In this document: in pieces, positions 50,173 to 61,521 of the stretch
Numbering within the stretch: position 1 is the stretch's first letter
Layout: every line of letters starts with the position of its first letter
Assembly (NCBI GenBank): GCA_043228905.1
Contig: JBHGNT010000012.1
Location: forward strand, 1,240,001-1,304,000
Length of the DNA stretch: 64,000 nt
Direction: 5' to 3'
Source of the DNA: Azolla caroliniana
Lineage: Eukaryota; Plantae; Polypodiophyta
The notes under the pieces: generated by a model
Database searches by the model: none
The model's input: only the letters and a program-made list of their open reading frames with translations
Told to the model about the DNA's origin: nothing
Made by a program: the position numbers and the translations under genes

Positions 50173-53100
50173 TGTTGGGATTACGGTCCCTCCGGATGGG
50201 ATGGTCGGATGACCGGAAATGAATGACGGCAAGCCCGGTTACGGTTACGGAACCGGATGAAGATACAGGCCCGGTGAGAGTACTCACCGGAAGTGAAGAG
50301 TACCCGGTATGAAGCCGGATGAAGAGTCCCCGGCTACAGAGCCGGATGATGAAGACCCCGGCTACGGAGCCGGATGATGAATGTACCCGGAGAGAGAGAT
50401 CCGGATGCGGGGACATATTTGTGAATATATCTTCCAAGAGCCCTTGAGGCTACATTTGTAAATAGCCCGAAAGTCATATGTGTATAAATATGACTTAGGG
50501 CAAACAGTTTAAATGTTGTTGTTGCTCATTTTTATGTTTTCAGCCGAGAGAGCGAAGTGAGAGCAGCCGAGAGAGAGAGAGAGAGAGGAAGAGGTCGACG
50601 CCTCTGTGTATTACCGCCGCCTGTGGCGAAGACAGTGAGCTCAAGGTTGTTGCCTTGTAGCTACACCTTTGTACATCTCTGTTCATAGTGATAGTTGGAG
50701 TTTGAGGACTCCCGTGGTTTTTCCCATTTAGGGTTTTCCACGTAAAACACCCTGTGTACTCCTCTCTCTATTGTCTTCGTGCATTTTGTATTTTCCCGTT
50801 TTCTGTGATTTGATCCTATTCCTCGGTTGTGGCCGAGCACCGTGCGCAACAAATTGGTATCAGAGCACGGTAACACAGAAAATGGAAGGCGGCGGTAGTG
50901 GGCCTCCGGGCATGATGGTTTTGAACTCACAGAACTACGCCGACTGGAAGATAAAGATGGAAGACCTTCTCATCGTCCGAGACCTGTACGAACCGATCGA
51001 CAATGCCGAGATACCCAAGGGGGTAATAGAGTCGGAGTGGAAGCTCCTGAACCGGAAAGCCGTAGCGACGATCCGGCAATATGTCGATGTAAGCGTTCTA
51101 CAACATGTGGCGAACGACACCAACGCATATGAGATGTGGAAGAAGCTGTCGGGCCTCTACGAGAGGAAGAATGCGTTGAACCGGACCTCCCTGATGAGGA
51201 AGATAGTGAACCTCAAGTACCGGGACGGCGAAAATATGGTGGAACACATGAGCACGTTCATGGGATTCGTGAACCAGCTTGCGGCGATCAAGTTCCCGTT
51301 GGAGGATGCAATGCAAGCCATCATTCTGATGTGTACATTGCCGGAAAGCTGGGAGAACTTGGTGGTGACTCTCAGTACCTCCTGCACCGAAGATAACTTG
51401 TCTCTACAAACGGTAAAGACAAGTATTCTAAATGAAGAAGCGCGTCGGAGAGATAAAGAACCGGCCACCGACTCGAAGGCGCTGCTTACCGAATCGGAAC
51501 GGGGAAGACAATGGAACCGGAGTCCGCAAAGACGGGAGAAGTCGGGGACCCGGTCGCAGTCAAGAGGAAGACCCACATGCTTCCACTGTGGGAAGCCGGG
51601 GCACTTCCGGAAGAATTGTCGGCATTACCGAAAGGACAACGGAGCCGACGACACCGATTCGAAGAAGTCACCGGAGAGAAACGGTGCATACCGGGGAGCC
51701 ACGGACCGGAGAGGTGCGGATCGGCGAGGGCAGGACCGGAAAGGAACGACGGCACTCGCTGCAAGTGAAGAAGAGATAATGCTCATTACCGAAGAGAGGG
51801 AGCTGAACCTTGCCGGTGAAGAGATGACCTGGGTGGTCGATTCCGGAGCGTCGTTTCATCTGACCCCGGAGAAGAAATACTTCTCATCCTACACAGCCGG
51901 TGAGCACGGCTGTGTCCGGATGGGAAATGAAGGTACATGCCGGATTGCCGGCATAGGAGACGTGTGGCTGATGACATCAACCGGATGCAAGATGCTGCTG
52001 AAGAATGTCCGACACGTTCCGGAGGTTCGATTGAACCTGATTTCGGCCGGGAGGCTAGACGATGAAGGCTACACGGGTAGCATCCGGAACGGTGTCATGA
52101 AGTTCAGCAAAGGGAGCCTGATAGTGGCTCGTGCCCGGAAAGTCAACACGTTGTACCTGATGAATGCCCGGTTATGTCCGGAAGAGCTGAACGTGGCAGC
52201 CGACACTGCCGGTGAGCTGTGGCACAAGAGACTGTGCCACATGAGTGAGAAGGGGATGAAGAGGCTTGCAGAAGACAACCTCATTCCAGTGAAGCATGTG
52301 CACCTGGAGAAGTGCACCGATTGCCTGGCCGGTAAGCAGAACCGAACCTCCTTCCACTCAAGGCCACCGACGAGACGTAGCGCACCATTGGAGCTGGTGC
52401 ACACTGATGTGTGTCAGATAGAAACGAAGTCACATGGCGGAGCCCAGTACTTCGTAACATTCATAGATGACCATAGCCGGAAGCTGTGGACGGCACCGTT
52501 GAAGACAAAGGACCAAGTATTGTCCGTCTTCAAAGAACTCCACGCGAGAGTGGAAAGAGAATCCGGCAAGAAGCTGAAAGCGATACGAGCGGATAACGGA
52601 GGGGAATACCGGGGGCAGTTCACGGAGTACTGTCGCTCGAAGGGAATCCGGCTCGAGTTTACAGTGCCGAAGACGCCGGAACTGAACGGGCTGGCCGAGA
52701 GGATGAACCGGACCATAATGGAGAGGGTCCGGAGTATGCTGGCGCATGCGAAATTACCCAAGGGGTTTTGGGCTGAGGCAATGTCGACGGCGACATACGT
52801 GATTAACAGATCACCCTCAGTACCTTTGGACGGAGACACTCCGCAGAAAGTGTGGACCGGTAGGGAAGTATCCTACCGGCATCTGAAGGTGTTCGGGTGT
52901 CTCGCATACGTGCATGTGGCAAAGGACCGGAGAGGAAAGTTAGATCCAAAGACCCGGCCATGCATATTCCTCGGTTACGGCGACGACGAGTTCGGCTACC
53001 GAGTATGGGACCCGGTCGACAAGAAGATATTCCGGAGTCGTGATATCATCTTCATGGAGGACAAGACACTCGCCGACTGGGAATCGGAGAAGAAGATGAA

Positions 53101-55645
53101 GAGCTCCAAGTCGACCGGTGAGGATCAACTCTACGAGGAGCAGTCCCGACCGGCAAGGGACCGGTTAGCACTCGAGGATCCGGCCGAAGACGGTGAAGAA
53201 ACAGAACCGGCCGAAGAAGATGAAAATGATACCGGAACCGGCCCCGATCCCGAAATGGATTCGGATGAAGAAGAATCGGAAGAACCGGTTACCGAAGCTC
53301 CGGAACGGAGATATCCTCTAAGAGAGAGAAGGGCCCCCCGGAGATTTCCGGAACCAGAGCACGTGCTGCTAACCGACGAGGGGGAGCCGGAGAGCTTTGA
53401 AGAAGCGAAGCATGACACCCATAGCCGCAGGTGGTTAAGTGCCATGCAGGAGGAGATGGATTCCCTGCATGAGAACCACACATATGAACTTGTGGAGTTG
53501 CCGAAAGGAAAACGGGCACTCCGTAACAAGTGGGTGTTCAAGCTGAAACCGGGAGATGCCGGAAACCCCCCGAGATACAAAGCCAGGATCGTGGTGAAGG
53601 GGTTTCAGCAGAAGAAGGGCGTCGACTTCGACGAGATATTTGCCCCGGTAGTGAAGATGACCTCCATCCGGACGGTGCTGAGCATAGCGGCAAGCATGGA
53701 CCTCGAGGTAGAACAGATGGACGTGAAGACGACATTCCTTCACGGTGACCTCGAAGAAGAGATCTACATGCAGCAACCGGAAGGATTCGAGAAGAAAGGG
53801 AAGGAGCACCTGGTATGCCGGTTGAAGAAGAGCCTTTACGTACTGAAGCAGGCTCCCCGGCAATGGTACCGGAAGTTCGACTCCTTCATGACAGACGAAG
53901 GGTACCACAAAACGCAGTCCGATCACTGCGTGTTTGTGAAGAAGTTCGAAGGAGGAGACTTTCTAATACTCCTCCTGTACGTGGACGACATGTTGATCGT
54001 CGGACGGGACCAGGTCAAGATACGGATGCTGAAGAAGGCCCTTCACCGAACCTTCTCAATGAAAGACCTGGGTCCGGCGAGGCAAATACTAGGGATGCAC
54101 ATCATCCGGGACCGGAAGAAGAAGCAGTTGTGGCTGTCACAGGAGAAGTACGTGACAAAGGTGCTTCAACGGTTCAACATGTCGGAAGCAAGACCGGTCG
54201 GGTCAACACTCCTGACAAACTGCAAGCTGTCCAGCAAGCAAAGCCCCAAGACAAAGGCTGAGAAGGAGGACATGATGAAAGTACCATATGCCTCTGCCGT
54301 CGGGAGCTTGATGTACGCAATGGTGTGCACCCGACCGGACATAGGATATGCAGTCGGAGTGGTGAGCCGGTACATGAGCAATCCCGGCAAAGAGCATTGG
54401 AACGCGGCCAAGTGGATACTCCGATACTTGAAGGGCACGGCAAACGTGTGCCTCCGATTCGGCTCCGGTAAGCCCGAACTCGACGGCTTTACCGATTCGG
54501 ATATGTCGGCTGATGCAGATACCAGCCGGTCCACATCAGGGTATGTGATGACGTATGCAGGGGGAGCTGTTTCATGGCAGTCGAGGCTGCAGAAGACGGT
54601 TGCGTTGTCAACCACGGAGGCGGAGTACATGGCGGCTGTTGAAGCCGGCAAGGAAATAATATGGATGAAGGACTTCATTAGAGAGCTCGGTATCCAGCAG
54701 GAGGAGTACCGACTCTACTGCGACAGTTAGAGTGCCATCCACCTTGCGAAGAACGAGGCCTATCACTCCCGGACGAAGCACATCCAGCGAAGATATCACT
54801 GGATCCGGGAAAGGATAGAAGACAAGGAGTTCGTGCTGACGAAGATCCACACGGACGAGAACGGGTCGGATATGCTGACTAAGGTGCTCACACCCGACAA
54901 GCTGGAAGCATGCCGGAAGAGGATCGGATTGGAGAGACATCCCATGCCGAAGTGAAGGGGGAGTTTGTTGGGATTACGGTCCCTCCGGATGGGATGGTCG
55001 GATGTCCGGAAATGAATGATGGCAAGCCCGGTTACGGTTACGGAACCGGATGAAGATACAGGCCCGGTGAGAGTACTCACCGGAAGTGAAGAGTACCCGG
55101 TATGAAGCCGGATGAAGAGTCCCCCGGCTACGGAGCCGGATGATGAAGACCCCGGCTACGGAGCCGGATGATGAATGTACCCGGAGAGAGAGATCCGGAT
55201 GCGGGGACATATTTGTGAATATATCTTCCAAGAGCCCTTGAGGCTACATTTGTAAATAGCCCGAAAGTCATATGTGTATAAATATGACTTAGGGCAAACA
55301 GTTTAAATGTTGTTGTTGCTCATTTTTATGTTTTCAGCCGAGAGAGCGAAGTGAGAGCAGCCGAGAGAGAGAGAGAGAGAGGAAGAGGTCGACGCCTCTG
55401 TGTATTACCGCCGCCTGTGGCGAATACAGTGAGCTCAAGGTTGTTGCCTTGTAGCTACACCTTTGTACATCTCTGTTCATAGTGATAGTTGGAGTTTGAG
55501 GACTCCCGTGGTTTTTCCCATTTAGGGTTTTCCACGTAAAACACCCTGTGTACTCCTCTCTCTATTGTCTTCGTGCATTTTGTATTTTCCCGTTTTCTGT
55601 GATTTGATCCTATTCCTCGGTTGTGACCGAGCACCGTGCGCAACA
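50173..55645 (+). mobile_element. Copia C, young and full length; LTRs 50173-50851 and 54966-55645
   Basis: TSD CACGA; near-identical LTRs; PBS 50855-50866; PPT before 54966. Confidence 0.96.
50882..54955 (+). CDS. Copia C gag-pol polyprotein (Gag-PR-INT-RT-RH); single premature TAG at 54728-54730
   Basis: Continuous ORF from ATG 50882 with CCHC, DSGA, HHCC, DDE, YVDD; the frame continues after the stop to TGA 54953-54955. Confidence 0.93.
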
Positions 55646-57891
55646 CACGACGATGCGGACTCCTCTCGGCCTAGTGCAGATGTGTACCCTGTCGTAGGGA
55701 GGGACCAACTCGGTGGCGCACACAGTGAATGCGATGAACAAGGTACTAAGGGATTGCGTCCCGGACATCACCATGCCATTCTTGGACAACATCCTGATCA
55801 AAGGATGTCCGGTAAGGAATACAAACGAATCGGTCAGGCCGGATAGATGCCGGAATTTCGTCACGGACCACATCAATGACTGCGAGAATGTGCTACAGAG
55901 ACTTGAGAGCGCGCGGCTCACCTTCTTTGGAGAGAAGTAAGCTTTCGGGCAGTCGGAGATCCTGGTAGTCGGGCACTTGTGCGGGCCTTACGACCGGGAA
56001 CTGTCTCCAGTGAAGGTGGAGGTCATCTCTGTGATGAAGGATGATTGCGGGTTGGTTACAGAGGTCCGGATGTTCTTGGGAGCATGTGCGTTCTATCACA
56101 TCTGGATTCCGCACTACGCACACATTGCGGATCCACTCTACGGGCTGCTGAGAAAGGGGTGTAAATTCGAATGGGGCTAGGAGCATACGGAATTGATCTG
56201 GAGACTAAATGAGGCGCTTACTGCAGCACTGTCTCTCCGGAAAGCGGTTTATGGCAAGGAGGTTCCAATCTACGTAACCATAGATACGAGCCCGACTGGG
56301 ATAGGGTGTGTGATCAATCAGGAGGACGACAGCGGCACGCAGTTCCCGATCCGGTTCGGGGCAAAGGTTCTCAATGAGCGACAACGAGGACATGCCCAAG
56401 TTAAGCATGAACTGTGGGGTATTGTTTCAGCGGTCAAGACCGATAAAGACTACTTGATCGGGACAGAAGTAATCATCGACACGGACTTCTTGCTGATCCT
56501 CGGTATGGTTTCTGGATGCGCGACTGCGGACCTAGCAATGCTCAGGTGGATTGCGTACATTAAGTCCCTGGACCCGGAGATACGACACATCTCCGGAAAG
56601 GACAACACCATGGCCGATATGCTTTCTGGAGTGCGTTTTGACGACGAGAACGACATGGTTTCAGAGGATGAGGAAGTTGGCGTAGAGTTCTTCGAGTCGG
56701 CTCGCGTAGCGATAAGGGCAGGGAGCACTCTGGCGCTTAACAAGTTCAATGAGAGCGAGTACAATAGGGAGTGGCTCCATATTGGAAGGTTCATGAGGAA
56801 AATGATGTCGGACGCGACATGGACTAGAGAGGAGGCTAACCGAATACGGAAGAAAACGTACCGATTCTTCCTTTGGGATGGAAGTATATGGAATGTCCCA
56901 AAGAAGCGAGGTGGTGTTCCACTCCGCATAGTGGCGAGAAAGGACGAGCAGGACAAGTTGTTAACGGCGTACCACGGGAGTCCTTGGGCTGGGCACCGTG
57001 GGACATGGGCCACATTTGAAAGGCTAAAGGAGAAGTATTGGTGGCCGAGACTATACCGGGATGTGCATCAGTTTGTGTCGACTTTTGAAAGCTGCCAGAT
57101 GCAGTCCATAATCCGACATCGGGACGAGCTATACCCGACCTACCCGCCAACTATCCATTTCAAGTGGATGGTAGACTTAGTGATGATGCCGATGGGGGTA
57201 GGGCAGATGCGGTGCCTGGTGCTTGCGCGGGAGGATTTGACGAACCAGGTGGAGGGCTGCGCACTGCAGAACAAGACGACTGCGGCGGCGTGCTGATTTT
57301 TTATCAAAGAGGTAGTATGGTGGTACGGGTGCGTGAGAACTGAACACGCAAGAAGCTGAGGAGTTGTTCGACCAGTTAGGGGTCAAGCACTCTCTCACCA
57401 CGGCATACAATCCAGAGGCCAACGGGAAGGTAGAACGTGGGCACGTGCTGATCGTGAAGGCGCTGGTACGGGCGTGCTACGGATAGGTTGGGAATTGGCC
57501 GTGGCTCCTTCCTTACGCTGTCGTGAAGATTTTCTGCAATAGTGTGAAAATCCCATAAAACGTACAAAATCGAGTATGAATCATGTAAATACAATAATTG
57601 TGAAGATAACATTTTTAATATCTAAGTACAAAATGGTGGAGGTTTCGAATGCACTTTATTACACGAGAAATGGACAACTAAATGTCAAGATATGAGGGTA
57701 TAAAGTTTGTGAAAAAAAAGAGAAAATTGTGAGATATCCCACATAGGCACGACAAATACGGCTCTCATCATATATAAGGTGGAGCAAAAGATATTATCTT
57801 TGTGTCTATGTGTGGAGCATAGAGAGTTCAAGGTAACTTGAACTTAGAGTGGAGGTGGCTAGCTACTCGTAAAGGGTTTTGGCCAACCAAA

Positions 57892-58050
57892 ACCGGACCG
57901 GCGATGGAGCCGGTGATCCGACGGCATCCGACCGCAATCCGGTGGCGGCATGCGGCACCGGTATCTGGCATCGGCATCCGGCATCGGCATCCGGTGGCGG
58001 CACCGGTATCCGGCAACGGCATCCGGCGACGGTATCTGGCGAACCGGCGA
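57892..58050 (+). repeat. GGCATCCGG-type minisatellite in the G3 LTR
   Basis: About 12-bp periodic CGGCATCCGG variants. Confidence 0.85.
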
Positions 58051-58090
58051 CTACATAAAATAAATATATAAAAATATATACATATACAAG

Positions 58091-58160
58091 GAGGGCAAGT
58101 ATGGATTCGAACCTTGCACCTCCAAGTTAGGAGTCAAATGGCTTACCATAAAGCCATAGT
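58091..58160 (-). other. tRNA-like module in G3 LTR U3, antisense to the element
   Basis: TGGCTTTATGGTAAG followed by a perfect B box GGTTCGAATCC; CTCCTAA at the anticodon-loop position. Confidence 0.7.
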
Positions 58161-58625
58161 ATTTAGTTGAAATTATATTTCTATCATTGTACTTTTACAT
58201 GTAAATTCTCATCCATGAGTGCTAAAATGAGTGACATGATTAGCATGCACCACATGTAATACTTAAGCGCCAAATGGCAAACATGCAATTTATGCATGTC
58301 TTGTACCCTCACATGCATCATATGCATGAGAGCATCTATAAAAGAGGGAAGGGGGAGGAGAAAAACACGGGTTTTTTTTTATGAAAATTAAGAGGAAGAA
58401 ATTCGTTTTCAAATCAATTGTGTAATCTCATCTTCTCTCTTTCCCAATCTATCTTAAGTACTTTCTCGCCAAAGCTTGTATCGACTCTAAATCCTTCTGG
58501 TCCAGAACCCCGGCGGTTCCGCCTCACGATCCGCGCGTAGTGACGGATCTTCACGACATAATTAAGTGGTGAACCCGACGTGACCGAGGCGGTAGGAAGG
58601 ATCAAGTCGAGATTAATACTTGGAG

Positions 58626-61468
58626 ATGGCGTCCTCAAGCAACCAAGCGGGAGAGCTCGAAAGGATGATGCTAATCGTCGAGCAAATGATGAGATCTCGG
58701 GACAACGACGCGAGCGTGGAGAAGGCTGTTGATCGTGTCGTAGAGCTCGAGGGCCAATTCGATGAAAGGAACGTTACGAAGTTCCTTGATGCATATAATG
58801 ATGAACACAGCCGTGCTCGGCCACAACCGAGGAATATGATTGACTCACAGAAAACAGGAAATACAAGAAATGCACGAAGTCAATAGAGAGAAGAGTACAC
58901 TGGATGTTTTACGTGGAAAACCCTAAATGGGGAAAAACCACGGGAGTCCTCAAACTCCAACTATCACTACAAACAGAGATGTACAATGGTGAAGCTACAA
59001 GGCAACAACCTTGAGCTCACTGTCTTCGCCACAGGCGGCGGTAATACACAGAGGCAACGACCTCTTCGTCTCTCTCTCTCTCTCGGCTGCTCACACTTCG
59101 CTCTCTCTCAGCTAAAACATAAAAATGAGCAACAACATAAAACTGTTTGCCCTAAGTCATATTTATACACATATGACTTTCGGGCTATTTACAAGTATAG
59201 CCAAGAGGGCCCTTGGCAGACATATTCACCAATATGTCCCCCCATCCGGATCTCTCTCCGGGTACACTCGTCATCCGGCTCCGTAGCCGGGGTCTTCATC
59301 ATCCGGCTCCGCAACCGGGTACTCTTCATCATTCGGCTCCGTAACCGGGTACTCTTCACATCCGGAGAGTACTCTCACCGGGCCTGCATCTTCATCCGGT
59401 TCCGTAACCGTAACCGGGCTTGCCGTCATTCATCTCTGGACATCCCATCCGGAGGGACCGATATCCCAACATATAAGAGGGAGATGAATCAAAGGGACGT
59501 GTCCGAGGCACGTCAAATCGCAAGCTTCAAGAGAGTTGTCGCCAACAACATCCAAAGACGCGTCATCGAGCTTCAAGAAGGAAAGACAACATGGTCCGAG
59601 TTCGAGAAAACGATACTAGCGGAGTTCGTGACTGAAGACTCAACGAGGATGACTCCACATGCCCTGATGAAGTGGATAGAGAAGAAGAATAAGAAGATGA
59701 GCGTCTCGAGGGTGTACGACGAATTCGACCAGATGTTTAGTCGTCTCCCCAATACGGACCAAGTATTGCTTGAAGAGGACAAGACTTTGTACTTCTTGAA
59801 GGCCGTGGACATAAAGGATAGACGGGAGTTGGGGACTCTTCTCGAAGATGATACCCAAGCAAATGGGCTCGTAGCGGACTGGATCGCGGTGAAGCGGGCA
59901 TGCAATAGGCTCAACAAGCGTCGCCAATGGGTTGATGACACCGACTTGACGGGACCGACTACCACGGAGAAAGCAAGACCGCCGACAGTAGCTGAGCCGC
60001 TGGGACAAAGTAACGTGGAAGAAAAGAAGATTGATGACGACATCATTGAAGAGCTAGCGAAGAAGTTCGAGAAGGTCACTCTAGCCAACATGAATCGTCG
60101 GGGCCCTAAAGGAAAAGAACCCTTTAGATGCGTGTGGTGCGATAGCATGGACCACATGAGAAGGGATTGTGTGAGCCTTCGAGAGGCGATTTGACAAAAT
60201 ATCGTATACATAGAGGACAACATGATCTGCTCAAGCGAGACTAGAAGACCCCTACGGGTGAATTTCGGAAGAGGAGGAATGAAGAAATCTATGGAGGATG
60301 CCGATGCGACTCATGTGGATGCGATGCACTATGCTGCGTCGGCCGGAATAAGAGTCGGGAAAGACAAGACTGAAGCTGCTAGAGCGGGAGCAAAGTTTTG
60401 GACTTCCGTTCTCGAATATGAGAAGAAGGGAAAAGTCACATCGAACGAGGTAGAGCTTGTGGACCGAAACGTGCAAAACATAACCGGGTGGTCGGATCCG
60501 GTGGACGATAACACCATACTCGCGGAGGTGATGTGCGACAACCACGAGGTGTTCGTCGAAGAGAAGAGAAAGAGAATAGAAGAGCAAGGCCCATCAAAAA
60601 GACATGAAACAAGGAACGCGAAAAAGAAGGACGATGCGGAGACGAGTCGACCTTTACAAACGGAGGAACGAGAGTCAAGCCGAAAAGGGGAGCCGAGCAT
60701 ACGAGTTGAAGAAACGGTTCGGCCCGTGAAGGTTGGTGTTGAAGACCCCACTCGGAGGACAAGGACCATACCTACCTATAAGCTAAGGTCGGACATAGAG
60801 CAGACGACGGACCTAAAGAAGATTCTCGAAGAACGAGTTCTTGATAGCCACGTAACTTTGTCCTTGAGGGAATTGTTTGGCATTACGAAGAAGGAGTTCC
60901 ATGACCCGATCGTGGACCTTGTTAAGAGAAAGAGACAACAATCGGACGAGGAAGAAGAGAAGCCGCAGAAAGCAAAAACGAATGCCATAACGATGGCAAG
61001 AGACGAAATCGATGAAGATATGGTGGACAGCCACTACACTCGACCTCATTGGGCACGAGCGACAACGGAGACGCCGGCTTGATCGACCACGGCTCGGAGA
61101 TCAACCTCATGTCAACCGACTTCTACAAAAAGGGAAGATGGCCAATCAATACAAACCACGGATGGAAGATTCGCGCGGCAACAAAGTCTACGGAGGACTT
61201 GTACAGAGCTTGTCCCAATGTCAAAGTCACGATCGGGGATGTGGAGATGGATCAACACTTCTTCGTACAAGAATCAGCGTCGCATCCTGTCATCCTAGGG
61301 CAACCTTATATCACATCATCTCGGATGGAGACCAAAGTGTTCGATAATGGAGCAGCCTTCGCACGAATAAAGAGTCTTGACAACCAAAGATCGGTCCAAT
61401 TCCTAACAGTGCGAGCCAATCATGAAAGGAATCGAGATAGTCTCGGAGGCGAATCCTCGGATTTTTAG
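58626..61468 (+). pseudogene. G3 ORF1 gag plus aspartic protease, disrupted
   Basis: CVWCDSMDHMRRDC knuckle; LIDHGSEINLM and VILGQPY; ends GAT TTT TAG. Confidence 0.88.
58799..59471 (-). mobile_element. Solo copia LTR (copia C-like) inserted antisense in G3 gag
   Basis: TG..CA termini, TSD TATAA, reverse-complement similarity to 50173-50851. Confidence 0.92.
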
Positions 61469-61521
61469 AGCGGACTATTGAAGCATGGGGCACAAATAGT
61501 CCGAGCAATCACAAGACCCCA
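61459..61521 (+). promoter_or_regulatory. Predicted -1 ribosomal frameshift signal (G GAU UUU plus pseudoknot); homologues at 34154-34220 and 49189-49256
   Basis: Slippery heptamer abuts the ORF1 stop; the -1 frame is open into pol; stems are conserved. Confidence 0.75.

Larger units (their letters stand above)
46316..57518 (+). mobile_element. Gypsy G2 (G1 family); 5' LTR 46316-47077; interrupted by copia C and, within integrase, by G3
   Basis: LTR TGTCGTG..CACGACA, Trp PBS, gag CMWCDAVGHIPKEC, RT PFLDNI, RH and INT, all degenerate. Confidence 0.9.

Noticed and set aside
54728-54730. Programmed stop-codon readthrough in copia C
   Set aside because: Copia A and B have a Gln codon (CAA) here, so this is a C>T lesion.
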